Shown here in pieces: positions 42,683 to 51,726 of a stretch of DNA of 64,000 nucleotides. How positions within the stretch are numbered: position 1 is the stretch's first letter; each line of letters begins with the position of its first letter. Under the pieces are notes generated by a model. It made no database searches, had not been told where the DNA came from, and saw only the letters and a list, made by a program, of their open reading frames with translations. The stretch is from an uncultured Alphaproteobacteria bacterium (GTDB taxonomy: Bacteria > Pseudomonadota > Alphaproteobacteria > HIMB59 > GCA-002718135): positions 22,346 to 86,345 of the forward strand of contig CACMRK010000004.1 of NCBI GenBank assembly GCA_902616075.1, written 5' to 3'. The translations under genes and the position numbers were made by a program.

Positions 42683-44284
42683 CTAACTAACGGTACTATT
42701 TATTTGGTCGTAAGCTTTTTCAGCAATCATAATAGTTGTTGCATTTAAATTAGCACTAACAATATCTGGCATTACAGAAGCATCAATAACTCTTAAATTT
42801 TGAATTCCATGAACCCTTAGGTCTTGGTCTACAACTGAAGTTTTGTCCTCACCCATTTTATTAGTGCATGACGGATGATACGCAGATTCAGATGTATTTT
42901 TAATAACTTCATTTAATTCATTTTGATTAGATACATTTTTCCCAGGCCTAATTTCTTTACCGAGATACTCTTTAAGTGGTTTTTGAGACAAAATTTTTCT
43001 AGCAATTCTTACACCTTCTCTCATTTGTTTTAAATCATCCTCATGCTTAAGGTAATTAAATTGAATTTTAGGATCATCTTTATAGTTATTTGTTTTAATT
43101 TTAATAAAACCTCTGCTTTTTGGTCTATTTGGACATACATGAAATTGAAAAGCTTCAAACTTAGGATTTTCTAAACCATGATTAATAACTAAGTACGGAA
43201 AAAAATGAAATTGTAAGTTTGGATGACTATATGATTTGTCAGATTTAACAAACCCTCCTAATTCTAAATGTGAGTTTGCTAATCTACCTTTTTTAAATAA
43301 AAACCATTTTGATCCCTCAATAGCTTGATAAAGATAATTCGTTGCTAGAGTATGTAATGTTTCATTTTTTTTAGATTTATACTGAATGTACATCTCTAAA
43401 TGATCTTGTAAATTTTCTCCCACCCCAACTAAATTATTAATAACTTCTATTCCCAAGCTTTTAAGATACGTTTCATTACCTATTCCGGATAGTTGAAGAA
43501 TTTTAGGTGAATTAATTGAACCAGCACAAAGTATAACTTCTTTATTGGCTAAATAATTATTGGTTATATTTTTTTTAATCGTTTCAACACCAATTGCAGT
43601 TTTATTTTTAAAAAGAATTTTTTTAACATCAATATTATTTATTATTCTTAGATTTTTTCTATTTTGGATTGGCTCTAAATATGCCTTAGCAACACTTTGC
43701 CTAACACCATTGTTTATTGTTACATCAAAAGTTCCAAAACCTTCCTTATCAATACTGTTAGAGTCATTAAATATTTTATATCCAGCTTCTTGTGCAGCTT
43801 CTAAAACTTTTTTAAATAGAGGATATTTTTTATCTATGTTTGATTTATTTACTTTTAATGGCCCCTCTTTACCTCTTACATTACTATCATGAGACCAAGT
43901 TTCTAATTTTTTAAAAAAAGGTAAAACTTTTTCATATGACCAATTAGTTAAACCACTTGAAGACCATCTATCAAAATCCTCTTTATGACCTCTAGCGAAA
44001 ACCATTCCGTTATGCGAAGAGCATCCCCCGATCATTTTACCTCTTGGACAATATAAAGATCTATTATTTAGAAACGGCTCAGGCTCAGTATAATATTTCC
44101 AATTATATTTTGGATCATGCATTGCATATAGAAGTGCACTTGGCATATCAACTTTCCAGGTTTTACTGGATGGGCCAGCTTCTAATAAAATTACAGAATT
44201 CTTTGATTGTGAAGACAATCTGTTAGCTAAAACACAACCTGCTGACCCTGCTCCAACAATGATGTAGTCAGCGTTTTTATCCAC
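42683..44284 (-). CDS. betA: Choline dehydrogenase-like GMC oxidoreductase
   Basis: GAGSAG, PRGK.IGG.SS.NGM, VGENLQDHLE, AYHPSCT..MG, NLNATTIMIAEK; GTG start. Confidence 0.75.
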   Translation of the reverse strand: MDKNADYIIVGAGSAGCVLANRLSSQSKNSVILLEAGPSSKTWKVDMPSALLYAMHDPKYNWKYYTEPEPFLNNRSLYCPRGKMIGGCSSHNGMVFARGHKEDFDRWSSSGLTNWSYEKVLPFFKKLETWSHDSNVRGKEGPLKVNKSNIDKKYPLFKKVLEAAQEAGYKIFNDSNSIDKEGFGTFDVTINNGVRQSVAKAYLEPIQNRKNLRIINNIDVKKILFKNKTAIGVETIKKNITNNYLANKEVILCAGSINSPKILQLSGIGNETYLKSLGIEVINNLVGVGENLQDHLEMYIQYKSKKNETLHTLATNYLYQAIEGSKWFLFKKGRLANSHLELGGFVKSDKSYSHPNLQFHFFPYLVINHGLENPKFEAFQFHVCPNRPKSRGFIKIKTNNYKDDPKIQFNYLKHEDDLKQMREGVRIARKILSQKPLKEYLGKEIRPGKNVSNQNELNEVIKNTSESAYHPSCTNKMGEDKTSVVDQDLRVHGIQNLRVIDASVMPDIVSANLNATTIMIAEKAYDQINSTVS

Positions 44285-45066
44285 TAATTCATTCTTTCAG
44301 TGTTTCCATCAACAGTCATGATTTGACCAGATACATTTTCTGAAGCATCGCTCAATAAAAATAATGCCATTGATGCAATATCTTCTTTTTCTACAAATGT
44401 GTTTAATGAAACCATTGACTCTAATTCTTTTCTTACTTTTTTATTTGAAGAATTTATTAATTTAGCTTTTGCATTTATTACCCTATCCATTCTATCGCCA
44501 TTAACAGAACCAGGACAAATTGCATTCACACGTATTTTAAATTTTCCTAATTCAACTGCTAATGTTTTAGTTAATCCAATTACTGCCCATTTACTTGATG
44601 CATATGGTGAACGTTGAGCAAAACCATATAATCCTGCAGTTGAAGATAAATTAATAATAGATCCTTTTTTAGCATTTTTTAAAAATGGAATAGCAAATTT
44701 TGTGAAATAAAAATGTGAACTTAAATTGGTTTTAATCGTGTTATCCCATTCATCTATTGAAATATTTTGAAGATACTTTGTAGGTCCTGCAATGCCTATA
44801 TTATTTATTAATCCATCTATTTTTTTTAAGTTAGATAGAGACTTAAAATATTCTTTAATGTCTTTTGGATTTGTGCAGTCTAAGTGTTTAGCAAATATTT
44901 TATTACGATATTTTTTGTTTAAATTTATTTTATCAATTTTTGATTTATTTATATCAGATAAATATACTTTTCCACCAGAACTGATTATTTTATTTGCTAT
45001 AGCAAAACCTAAGCCATCTGCACCAGCAGAAATAATATAATTTTTTTTACTAAGGTTAATTTTCAT
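44284..45066 (-). CDS. SDR-family oxidoreductase
   Basis: SAGA.GLG, NN.GIAGPT, YASSK, VNAICPG. Confidence 0.88.
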   Translation of the reverse strand: MKINLSKKNYIISAGADGLGFAIANKIISSGGKVYLSDINKSKIDKINLNKKYRNKIFAKHLDCTNPKDIKEYFKSLSNLKKIDGLINNIGIAGPTKYLQNISIDEWDNTIKTNLSSHFYFTKFAIPFLKNAKKGSIINLSSTAGLYGFAQRSPYASSKWAVIGLTKTLAVELGKFKIRVNAICPGSVNGDRMDRVINAKAKLINSSNKKVRKELESMVSLNTFVEKEDIASMALFLLSDASENVSGQIMTVDGNTERMN

Positions 45067-45333
45067 TTATTGAATATTATCTATCTCTTTTTTAGAAATA
45101 TATCCAATAGTTTTACCTTTATTGTCAGTAACTACTATTGTTAAGTTGTCTTCAAGAATTTTATTTTTAAAATTTTTTAGTTTTATATTTTGGTTTACTT
45201 TGTAAATAGAACCTAATGTTAAATTATCTTTATTAAAACTGTTCTCAATTATCATTATATTTTTTGCTTCTAGATTATCTATTCTATTTTCTTTGCTAGA
45301 AAAAATATTAAGTAAAAATTTAAATATATTCAT
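45067..45333 (-). CDS. Hypothetical protein with a possible degenerate CBS motif
   Basis: Fills the gap in a co-oriented run of genes; AKNIM...IVVTDNKGKTIGYISKKEI. Confidence 0.55.
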   Translation of the reverse strand: MNIFKFLLNIFSSKENRIDNLEAKNIMIIENSFNKDNLTLGSIYKVNQNIKLKNFKNKILEDNLTIVVTDNKGKTIGYISKKEIDNIQ

Positions 45334-45351
45334 TATTTAAAATATAGATTA

Positions 45352-46965
45352 CTAGGAAGATCTTTTATTCAGAAGATTGGTTAGCCAATCAGGATCCATT
45401 TCTGGGACTGAAGACAATAAAAGTTCTGTATAATCAGGATATGGCGGATTCAAAATTTTACTTTTCAAACCCTGTTCCACTACCTCACCTTGATACATAA
45501 CAACTATTTCATCTGAGATTGCTTTAACCGTTGCTATATCATGTGTTATAAAAATATAAGTAACACCAAGATCTTTTTGTAATTTTTGGAGTAATTTTAA
45601 TATTCCTTCTTGAACAATTTGATCTAGCGCTGATGTTACTTCATCACAAATAATTAAATCTGGGTTAGCCGCTAAAGCTCTTGCAATGCATATTCTCTGT
45701 TTTTGACCTCCAGATAATTCGGATGGTAATCTATCTAAAAAAGTTTCATCTAGTTCAATCATTTTTAATAATTCAATAACTTTTGCTTCTCTTTCTTTCC
45801 CTTTTATACCTTGATAAAATTCTATTGGCCTTCCTATTATTTCATCAACAGTTTGACGGGGGTTCATTGCAGTATCAGGCATTTGAAAAATTATTTGAAT
45901 TCTTCTTAATTCTTCTTTTGACCTTTGTTCAAGTTTTGGAGACAATTTTTTTCCATCAAAAATTATTTCTCCTTTTAATTGAGGAAGTAAGCCTGTAATT
46001 ACTCTTGCTGTTGTTGATTTTCCTGATCCACTTTCGCCAACTATAGCTACTGTTTTACCTTTAGGAATATCTATAGAAACATTGTGTAAGACCTTAGATG
46101 AGCCATATGCTGCATCAATATTTTTAATGGACAACATATAATCTTCATTTGTTTCTTCAGGCTTGATCAGTGATCTTACTGACCATAGAGATTTAGTGTA
46201 TTCTTCTTTTGGGTTTGATAGCATATCTCTTGTTTCAGCTTCTTCAACTTCTTCACCGTATCGCAAAACTTTTATTCTATCAGCCATTTGAGCAACTACG
46301 GCTAAATCATGAGTAATATAAATTGCTGCTGTATTAAATTTGTCTACTATAGATCTCATAGCAGATAATACTTCTACTTGAGTAGTTACATCTAAGGCAG
46401 TAGTTGGTTCATCAAATATTATTAACTCTGGTCTTGGGGACATAGCCATAGCAGTCATTATTCTTTGAAGTTGGCCTCCTGATACTTGGTGCGGGTATCT
46501 ATCTCCTATATTTTCCGCATCTGGAAGCTGTAGTGATTCATAAAGTTGTACAGCATCTTTTTTTAATACATCCGTGGGATTTATCTTTAATCTATTAGCG
46601 GCACTTATTGTTTGATCCATTAATCTATGAGCAGGATTAAAAGATGCTGCTGCTGATTGAGCAACATAAGATATTTTAGTTCCCCAAATCTTTCTCTTTT
46701 CAAATTCAGTTAGTTTAGCGAGGTCTATGCCGTTAAAATTAATTTCTCCCTTTATAATCTTACAACCAGGTTGGGTATAGCCCATTGCAGCTTTACCCAT
46801 AGTAGATTTTCCGGCACCACTCTCTCCTATTAATCCTAGTATTTCTCCTCTGTGTAAAGTCAAATCTACACCTTTTAAAATTTTATGCCATCTCTCATCT
46901 GAAAATCCATCAATATGGATATTTTTCATTTCAAGTAGGAGTTCTTTTGATTTATTTGACGTCAT
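45352..46965 (-). CDS. Dpp/Opp-family ABC transporter with fused double ATPase
   Basis: Two NBDs: GESGAGKS/VSGGQ and GESGSGKS/LSGGQ. Confidence 0.92.
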   Translation of the reverse strand: MTSNKSKELLLEMKNIHIDGFSDERWHKILKGVDLTLHRGEILGLIGESGAGKSTMGKAAMGYTQPGCKIIKGEINFNGIDLAKLTEFEKRKIWGTKISYVAQSAAASFNPAHRLMDQTISAANRLKINPTDVLKKDAVQLYESLQLPDAENIGDRYPHQVSGGQLQRIMTAMAMSPRPELIIFDEPTTALDVTTQVEVLSAMRSIVDKFNTAAIYITHDLAVVAQMADRIKVLRYGEEVEEAETRDMLSNPKEEYTKSLWSVRSLIKPEETNEDYMLSIKNIDAAYGSSKVLHNVSIDIPKGKTVAIVGESGSGKSTTARVITGLLPQLKGEIIFDGKKLSPKLEQRSKEELRRIQIIFQMPDTAMNPRQTVDEIIGRPIEFYQGIKGKEREAKVIELLKMIELDETFLDRLPSELSGGQKQRICIARALAANPDLIICDEVTSALDQIVQEGILKLLQKLQKDLGVTYIFITHDIATVKAISDEIVVMYQGEVVEQGLKSKILNPPYPDYTELLLSSVPEMDPDWLTNLLNKRSS

Positions 46966-47872
46966 CTTTTAATCCGCTAGTAATGTAAAGATACCAATCA
47001 ACAACAAAATTAATTGATACACAAAGCAAAGCAATTGCAGCAGCTGGAATTAATGGTGTTAAACCTGCTGTTATATCATATTGTGCATATTGAATAAGTA
47101 TTGCATTTTCCCTCACCATTGATGCCCAATCTGCTGAAGGGGGTTGAATTCCAATTCCTAAAAAACTTAAACTAGATATTGTAAAAATTATAAATATGAA
47201 CCTTAAACCAAACTCAATAATCAAAGGTGAAGCTATATTAGGAAGTATTTCTCTGAAAATAATATATGATAAATTTTCACCTCTTAGCCTCGCGACCTCA
47301 ACATATTCTAGAACAACTTGACCAACAGCAACTGATCTTGATATTCTAAAAAATCTAGTTGATTCCAAAATTCCTAAAATGACAATTAAATTAAAATTAG
47401 TAGGTCCAAAAACTGATAAAAGTATAAATGTAAAAATCATTACAGGTATAGCCATAAGCGTGTCTACTATTCTACTTAATAGTTGATCTAAATACCTTCT
47501 ATCCAAAGCAGCTATAATTCCAAATACTGTTCCAATTCCTAAAGCAATAAAAGTAGCCAATAAACAAATACCAATTGTATTTCTTGCAGCATAGATAATG
47601 CGAGAAAAAATATCTCTTCCAATTTGATCAGTACCAAATATATGGCCATCACCCCAAGGAGCATAAGCTACTGGGAATATTTCTGCTTCTCCATGTGGAG
47701 CAATTAAGGGAGCAAATATTGCAGCAAAAAAATATATGAATAGTACAATCATACCAAACCAAGCTGAGATTGGAGCTTTTGATAAGGCAATTTTTAATCT
47801 TTCTAATCTAGTTCTTCTTTTGATTAAATTTGCAACTTCACTTTTTGCAGAATAAGATAAATTTTCGCTCAT
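46952..47872 (-). CDS. Dpp/Opp-family ABC permease (C subunit)
   Basis: FGTDQIGRD, YVEVARLRGE, LSFLG.G.QPP..DW. Confidence 0.9.
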   Translation of the reverse strand: MSENLSYSAKSEVANLIKRRTRLERLKIALSKAPISAWFGMIVLFIYFFAAIFAPLIAPHGEAEIFPVAYAPWGDGHIFGTDQIGRDIFSRIIYAARNTIGICLLATFIALGIGTVFGIIAALDRRYLDQLLSRIVDTLMAIPVMIFTFILLSVFGPTNFNLIVILGILESTRFFRISRSVAVGQVVLEYVEVARLRGENLSYIIFREILPNIASPLIIEFGLRFIFIIFTISSLSFLGIGIQPPSADWASMVRENAILIQYAQYDITAGLTPLIPAAAIALLCVSINFVVDWYLYITSGLKDDVK

Positions 47873-48867
47873 TTTGGGTATAGTAACCTTGGGTTAGAAA
47901 TAATGCCGATCAAGTCAGCAATTAAATTTAATATTACATATGTTGATGCAAAAATTAATGCACAAGCTTGAACAACAGGTAAATCTCGATTATAGACTGA
48001 TCCGACCATCAACCTACCAATACCTTGATAGTTAAAAACATATTCAACAACAACTGAGCCAATCAACATATAAGCTAAGTTTATTGCAATTACTTGAGAA
48101 ATAGGTGCCCAAGCATTTGGAAGTGCATGTTTAACAATTACCTCGTATCTAGAAGCTCCCGATAATTTTGCCATTTCAATATATTCACTTGATAAGATAT
48201 TTATTATCGCTGACCTTGTCATTCTCATCATGTGACCCATAGTAATTAATGTCAAAGTAAAAACTGGAAGAGCAGTCCTGTAAAATCTTTCAGCCAAAGT
48301 TGAAGCTTCATCCACATTAGAAATAGTTGGAAAAACTGGAAACAGTGTCGCTAGTAAAAGAATAAAAATATAGGCTGTAAAAAATTCTGGTGAAGATACG
48401 GTTACTAAGCTAACTCCAGTTGCTGACCTATCATAATAAGAGTTTCTGTATAATGCTGCTGAAATACCTAAGATTAAAGATAGAGGAATAGCCAACATGG
48501 CGGCAACCCCTGTTAAAAATAATGTATTCTTTAATCTGGGTACAATTAAACCAACAACTTCTCTGGACCTATCACCTTGATCCCCTTGAACTTTAGATCT
48601 TCCAGAGAAAGAACTACCAAAATCTCCTTGAAAAACATTTCCTAACCAATCAAAATATCTTGTGACTGGAGGTTTATCTAAACCCAATTCTGCTCTTAGA
48701 GCTTTTACTGCAGATTTTGTTGCACTTTGACCTAATATTTCCGTAGCAAAGTCTCCCGGTAAAAAAGAGAATGTACTAAATATTATTACCGAAAATGCAA
48801 AAACTGTAACGAGACCAAGACTAAGCCTTAACAAAATTGTTCTAAATATTGGATGAATTCTAGTAAT
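47869..48867 (-). CDS. Dpp/Opp-family ABC permease (B subunit); start uncertain (ATT at 48867 or TTG at 48834)
   Basis: LPGD.A..ILG, LGLD.P...RY..W, HALPNA, VVE.VF...G.G, RD.PVVQ. Confidence 0.88.
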   Translation of the reverse strand: MTRIHPIFRTILLRLSLGLVTVFAFSVIIFSTFSFLPGDFATEILGQSATKSAVKALRAELGLDKPPVTRYFDWLGNVFQGDFGSSFSGRSKVQGDQGDRSREVVGLIVPRLKNTLFLTGVAAMLAIPLSLILGISAALYRNSYYDRSATGVSLVTVSSPEFFTAYIFILLLATLFPVFPTISNVDEASTLAERFYRTALPVFTLTLITMGHMMRMTRSAIINILSSEYIEMAKLSGASRYEVIVKHALPNAWAPISQVIAINLAYMLIGSVVVEYVFNYQGIGRLMVGSVYNRDLPVVQACALIFASTYVILNLIADLIGIISNPRLLYPK

Positions 48868-49068
48868 ATTACCCTCCTTAAAGATACAATCTTAATTCTT
48901 AAAGTTTTGTCTAAATTAGGTCAACATGTAAGCTAAAATTAATAATTTATACGTTGAATTAAAACGTTATATATGTTTTTATATATTAACTTAAGTTTGT
49001 TTTTTGTTAAATTTCTAGAAATTATGAACAAAAATCTTAGGTTTTTGTTCAAGTATAAGGGAGGACAA

Positions 49069-50697
49069 ATGAAAAATAAGAAAATAGACAAATACATTGA
49101 AGAACAGTCTTCAAAGCTAACAAAAGGGCTTATTGATAGAAGACAGTTTATGATGTCTGTCCTTGCTACTGGGGTCACGCTTCCAATTGCATTATCATTA
49201 GCAGATAAAGCAGTTGCAGCTACACCAAAAAAAGGTGGACATTTAAGATGGGGTAATAGTGCAGCAGATGCAACTGATACTCTTGATCCAGCAACTTATC
49301 AGAGCTCATTTATGCAAGCTACTGCTTGGTCATATCAGAACTGTCTAACTGTTGTTGATTCTGATCACACAATTGTTGGAGAGCTTGCTGAGTCAATTGA
49401 ATCAGATGATGCTCAAACTTGGGTATATAATCTTCGCAAAGGTGTTGAATTCCATAATGGTAAATCAATGACAGCAGAAGATGTTGTGCTCAACTACCAG
49501 TATCATATGAATCCAGATACTGCTTCGGCAGCAGGCGGACTGTTATCTCAAATTGAGACAGTTTCTGCTGATGGAAATGACAGAGTTATTTTTAAGCTAA
49601 AAGGTGCAAATGCCGATTGGCCTGCAATAACTACTGACTATCATATTATGATTAAACCAACAAAAGATGGAGTTGTTGATGCTCAATCAACGATTGGAAC
49701 TGGTCCATATATTATGGATGAATTCAATCCTGGTGTTGGTGCAAAATTTGGAAAAAGAAATCCAAATTATTTCAAAGGTGATAGTGTTGCACACTTTGAT
49801 TCAGTTGAAGTAATTGGTATTAATGATCCTGCTACTAGACAAGCAGCATTATTAAACGGTGAAATTGATTGGATGAATGGTGTTGATCTTAGAACTGCTA
49901 ATCTATTAACTAGAAATCCTAGTGTAGAAATTACAGCAGCTTCTGGTTACGCTCACTATACAGCTCCAATGCGATTGAACGTTCCACCGTTTGATAACTT
50001 TGATGTACGTATGGCAATGAAGTTTGCAATTAAAAGACAGGAAATTGTTGATAAGATTATGCTTGGATATGGTACTGTTGGTAATGATCATCCGATCTCT
50101 ACTGCTCACCCATATCACAATAGCGCTTTAGAGCAGAGAGAGTTTGATGCTGATAAAGCTGCATATCACTGGAAAAAATCTGGTGTAAGTGGACCAATTG
50201 AAATTAGTACTTCAGAGGTTCCTTATGCAGGATGTACAGATGCAACAAACTTGATTGCAGCATCTGCCCAAGAATGTGGTATCGATCTTAGAGTTAAAAA
50301 AGAGCCTGAAGATGGTTACTGGAGTAACGTATGGAACACAAAAGGTTTCAGTATGAGTTCTTGGGGTGGAAGACCTACAGAGGATATGATGTGGTCTGCT
50401 GCATTCACAGATGACACTGAATGGAACGAAGCTGCATGGGGTAATCTAGTTCAAACTGATTCAACTGTTCGTTTCAATGAACTTGTTAGATCTGCTAGAT
50501 CAGAACTTGATGCAGAAAAAAGAAAATCAATGTACTGGGAAGCACAAGCACTTTGTAACTACGATGGTGGTGCAATTGTTTATGCATTTAACCAATACGT
50601 TGGTGCTGGTTCTAAAAAACTTGCTCACGGTGAAGATGTTGCTGGTAACTGGGAAAGTGACGGTAACAAACTTTCTGAACGTTGGTGGTTTGCATAA
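49069..50697 (+). CDS. Family-5 ABC substrate-binding protein with Tat signal
   Basis: SD GGGAGG then ATG at 49069; IDRRQF twin-arginine signal; TLDP, LR.GVEFHNG, GTGPY; ends in ERWWFA. Confidence 0.9.
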   Translation: MKNKKIDKYIEEQSSKLTKGLIDRRQFMMSVLATGVTLPIALSLADKAVAATPKKGGHLRWGNSAADATDTLDPATYQSSFMQATAWSYQNCLTVVDSDHTIVGELAESIESDDAQTWVYNLRKGVEFHNGKSMTAEDVVLNYQYHMNPDTASAAGGLLSQIETVSADGNDRVIFKLKGANADWPAITTDYHIMIKPTKDGVVDAQSTIGTGPYIMDEFNPGVGAKFGKRNPNYFKGDSVAHFDSVEVIGINDPATRQAALLNGEIDWMNGVDLRTANLLTRNPSVEITAASGYAHYTAPMRLNVPPFDNFDVRMAMKFAIKRQEIVDKIMLGYGTVGNDHPISTAHPYHNSALEQREFDADKAAYHWKKSGVSGPIEISTSEVPYAGCTDATNLIAASAQECGIDLRVKKEPEDGYWSNVWNTKGFSMSSWGGRPTEDMMWSAAFTDDTEWNEAAWGNLVQTDSTVRFNELVRSARSELDAEKRKSMYWEAQALCNYDGGAIVYAFNQYVGAGSKKLAHGEDVAGNWESDGNKLSERWWFA

Positions 50698-50712
50698 AAT
50701 ATTAATTTTCTT

Positions 50713-50736
50713 TGTGGCGCATTTAAATGCGCCACA
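50713..50736 (+). terminator. GC-rich hairpin after the SBP gene (weak terminator or 3' stabiliser)
   Basis: Perfect 24-bp palindrome TGTGGCGCATTT/AAATGCGCCACA followed by a poor U-tract (CTATTTCT). Confidence 0.65.
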
Positions 50737-50761
50737 CTATTTCTACTAATCTTCCAAAAAA

Positions 50762-51685
50762 ATGTTTTTAAAAAATAAGAAATACCTCTTTGATGGAGGT
50801 TCCGGTCAAACTTTAATGGAGATGGGTTTAGAGACAACAGGCGATCTTTGGTCAGCACAAGCTTTATTAAATGAAAATAATCACCAAATGGTCTTAGAAA
50901 TGCATAAAAATTTTATAAATGCTGGATCACAATTAATAGTCACTTCAAATTTTAGTGTTAGAAGGAGGCTATTAAAAAAATATAATTTACTTGATAAATT
51001 TGAATTTGGAATAAGATCTGCTGGATCACTAGCATTAAAAGCAAAAAATGAAAGTGATAAAAAAGTTATTGTTGCTGGCTCATTGCCAAATCAAGGTAAT
51101 ACATATTCCCCAATACATTTTGAAACTGATGAAACAATGTTTAATTATTTTCATGAAATTGCAAAAATATTAAATGATTATGTCGATATATTTTACTTAG
51201 ATGTTTTGTGTTCCATCAAAGAAATAAAAATTGCTCTAGAAGCTTCAAAAGAATTTAATAAACAAGTTCTTGTAGGTGTACACTTACGTTATGATGGAAA
51301 ATTACCATCTGGAGAAAGTCTTGATGAACTTTTTGAAACTATTCAAAAATTTAATTGTTGCGGCATAGTATCAGCCTGTGTATCGCCTGAAATTGTTAAT
51401 TTGAGTATTCCTATATTTAATAAACAAAAGCTTCCTTTTGGTTATAAAATGAATTTATTTAAAGAACTGCCTACTAGTAATAAAGAAAAATTTAATTCAG
51501 AGGGCTTTGAAGGACATTATGATTATATTGATCCCGTTGAGTTACTTGGAACTCGAAATGAAGAATTTGGAGAAGATAAATATAAAAAGTTTGTTTTAAA
51601 ATCTTTAAATGAAGGTGTTACTCTAGTTGGTGGATGCTGTGAAGTGAAGCCACGACATATTGAAGCTATTAAGAATTTATTTTAA
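50762..51685 (+). CDS. Homocysteine S-methyltransferase family protein
   Basis: DGG.G..L, WSA.AL, F..AG, VAGSLP; Zn ligands in ACVSPE and GGCC. Confidence 0.85.
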   Translation: MFLKNKKYLFDGGSGQTLMEMGLETTGDLWSAQALLNENNHQMVLEMHKNFINAGSQLIVTSNFSVRRRLLKKYNLLDKFEFGIRSAGSLALKAKNESDKKVIVAGSLPNQGNTYSPIHFETDETMFNYFHEIAKILNDYVDIFYLDVLCSIKEIKIALEASKEFNKQVLVGVHLRYDGKLPSGESLDELFETIQKFNCCGIVSACVSPEIVNLSIPIFNKQKLPFGYKMNLFKELPTSNKEKFNSEGFEGHYDYIDPVELLGTRNEEFGEDKYKKFVLKSLNEGVTLVGGCCEVKPRHIEAIKNLF

Positions 51686-51726
51686 AATTTTTTTTTCATT
51701 ATTTTGTGATAAGTTGAATAAATTTT

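Noticed and set aside
48940..48990. Operator palindrome in the ABC divergent promoter (ACGTT-N7-AACGT, ATATAT repeats)
   Set aside because: Too short and too AT-rich to distinguish from chance
50700..50761. SAM-V/SAM-II riboswitch upstream of the homocysteine methyltransferase (GGCGCATTT...GCGCC resembles the SAM-V P1 stem)
   Set aside because: It is a closed perfect palindrome without the loop, pseudoknot strand or downstream purine-rich SD segment. An Infernal search with the SAM-V/SAM-II models would settle it.
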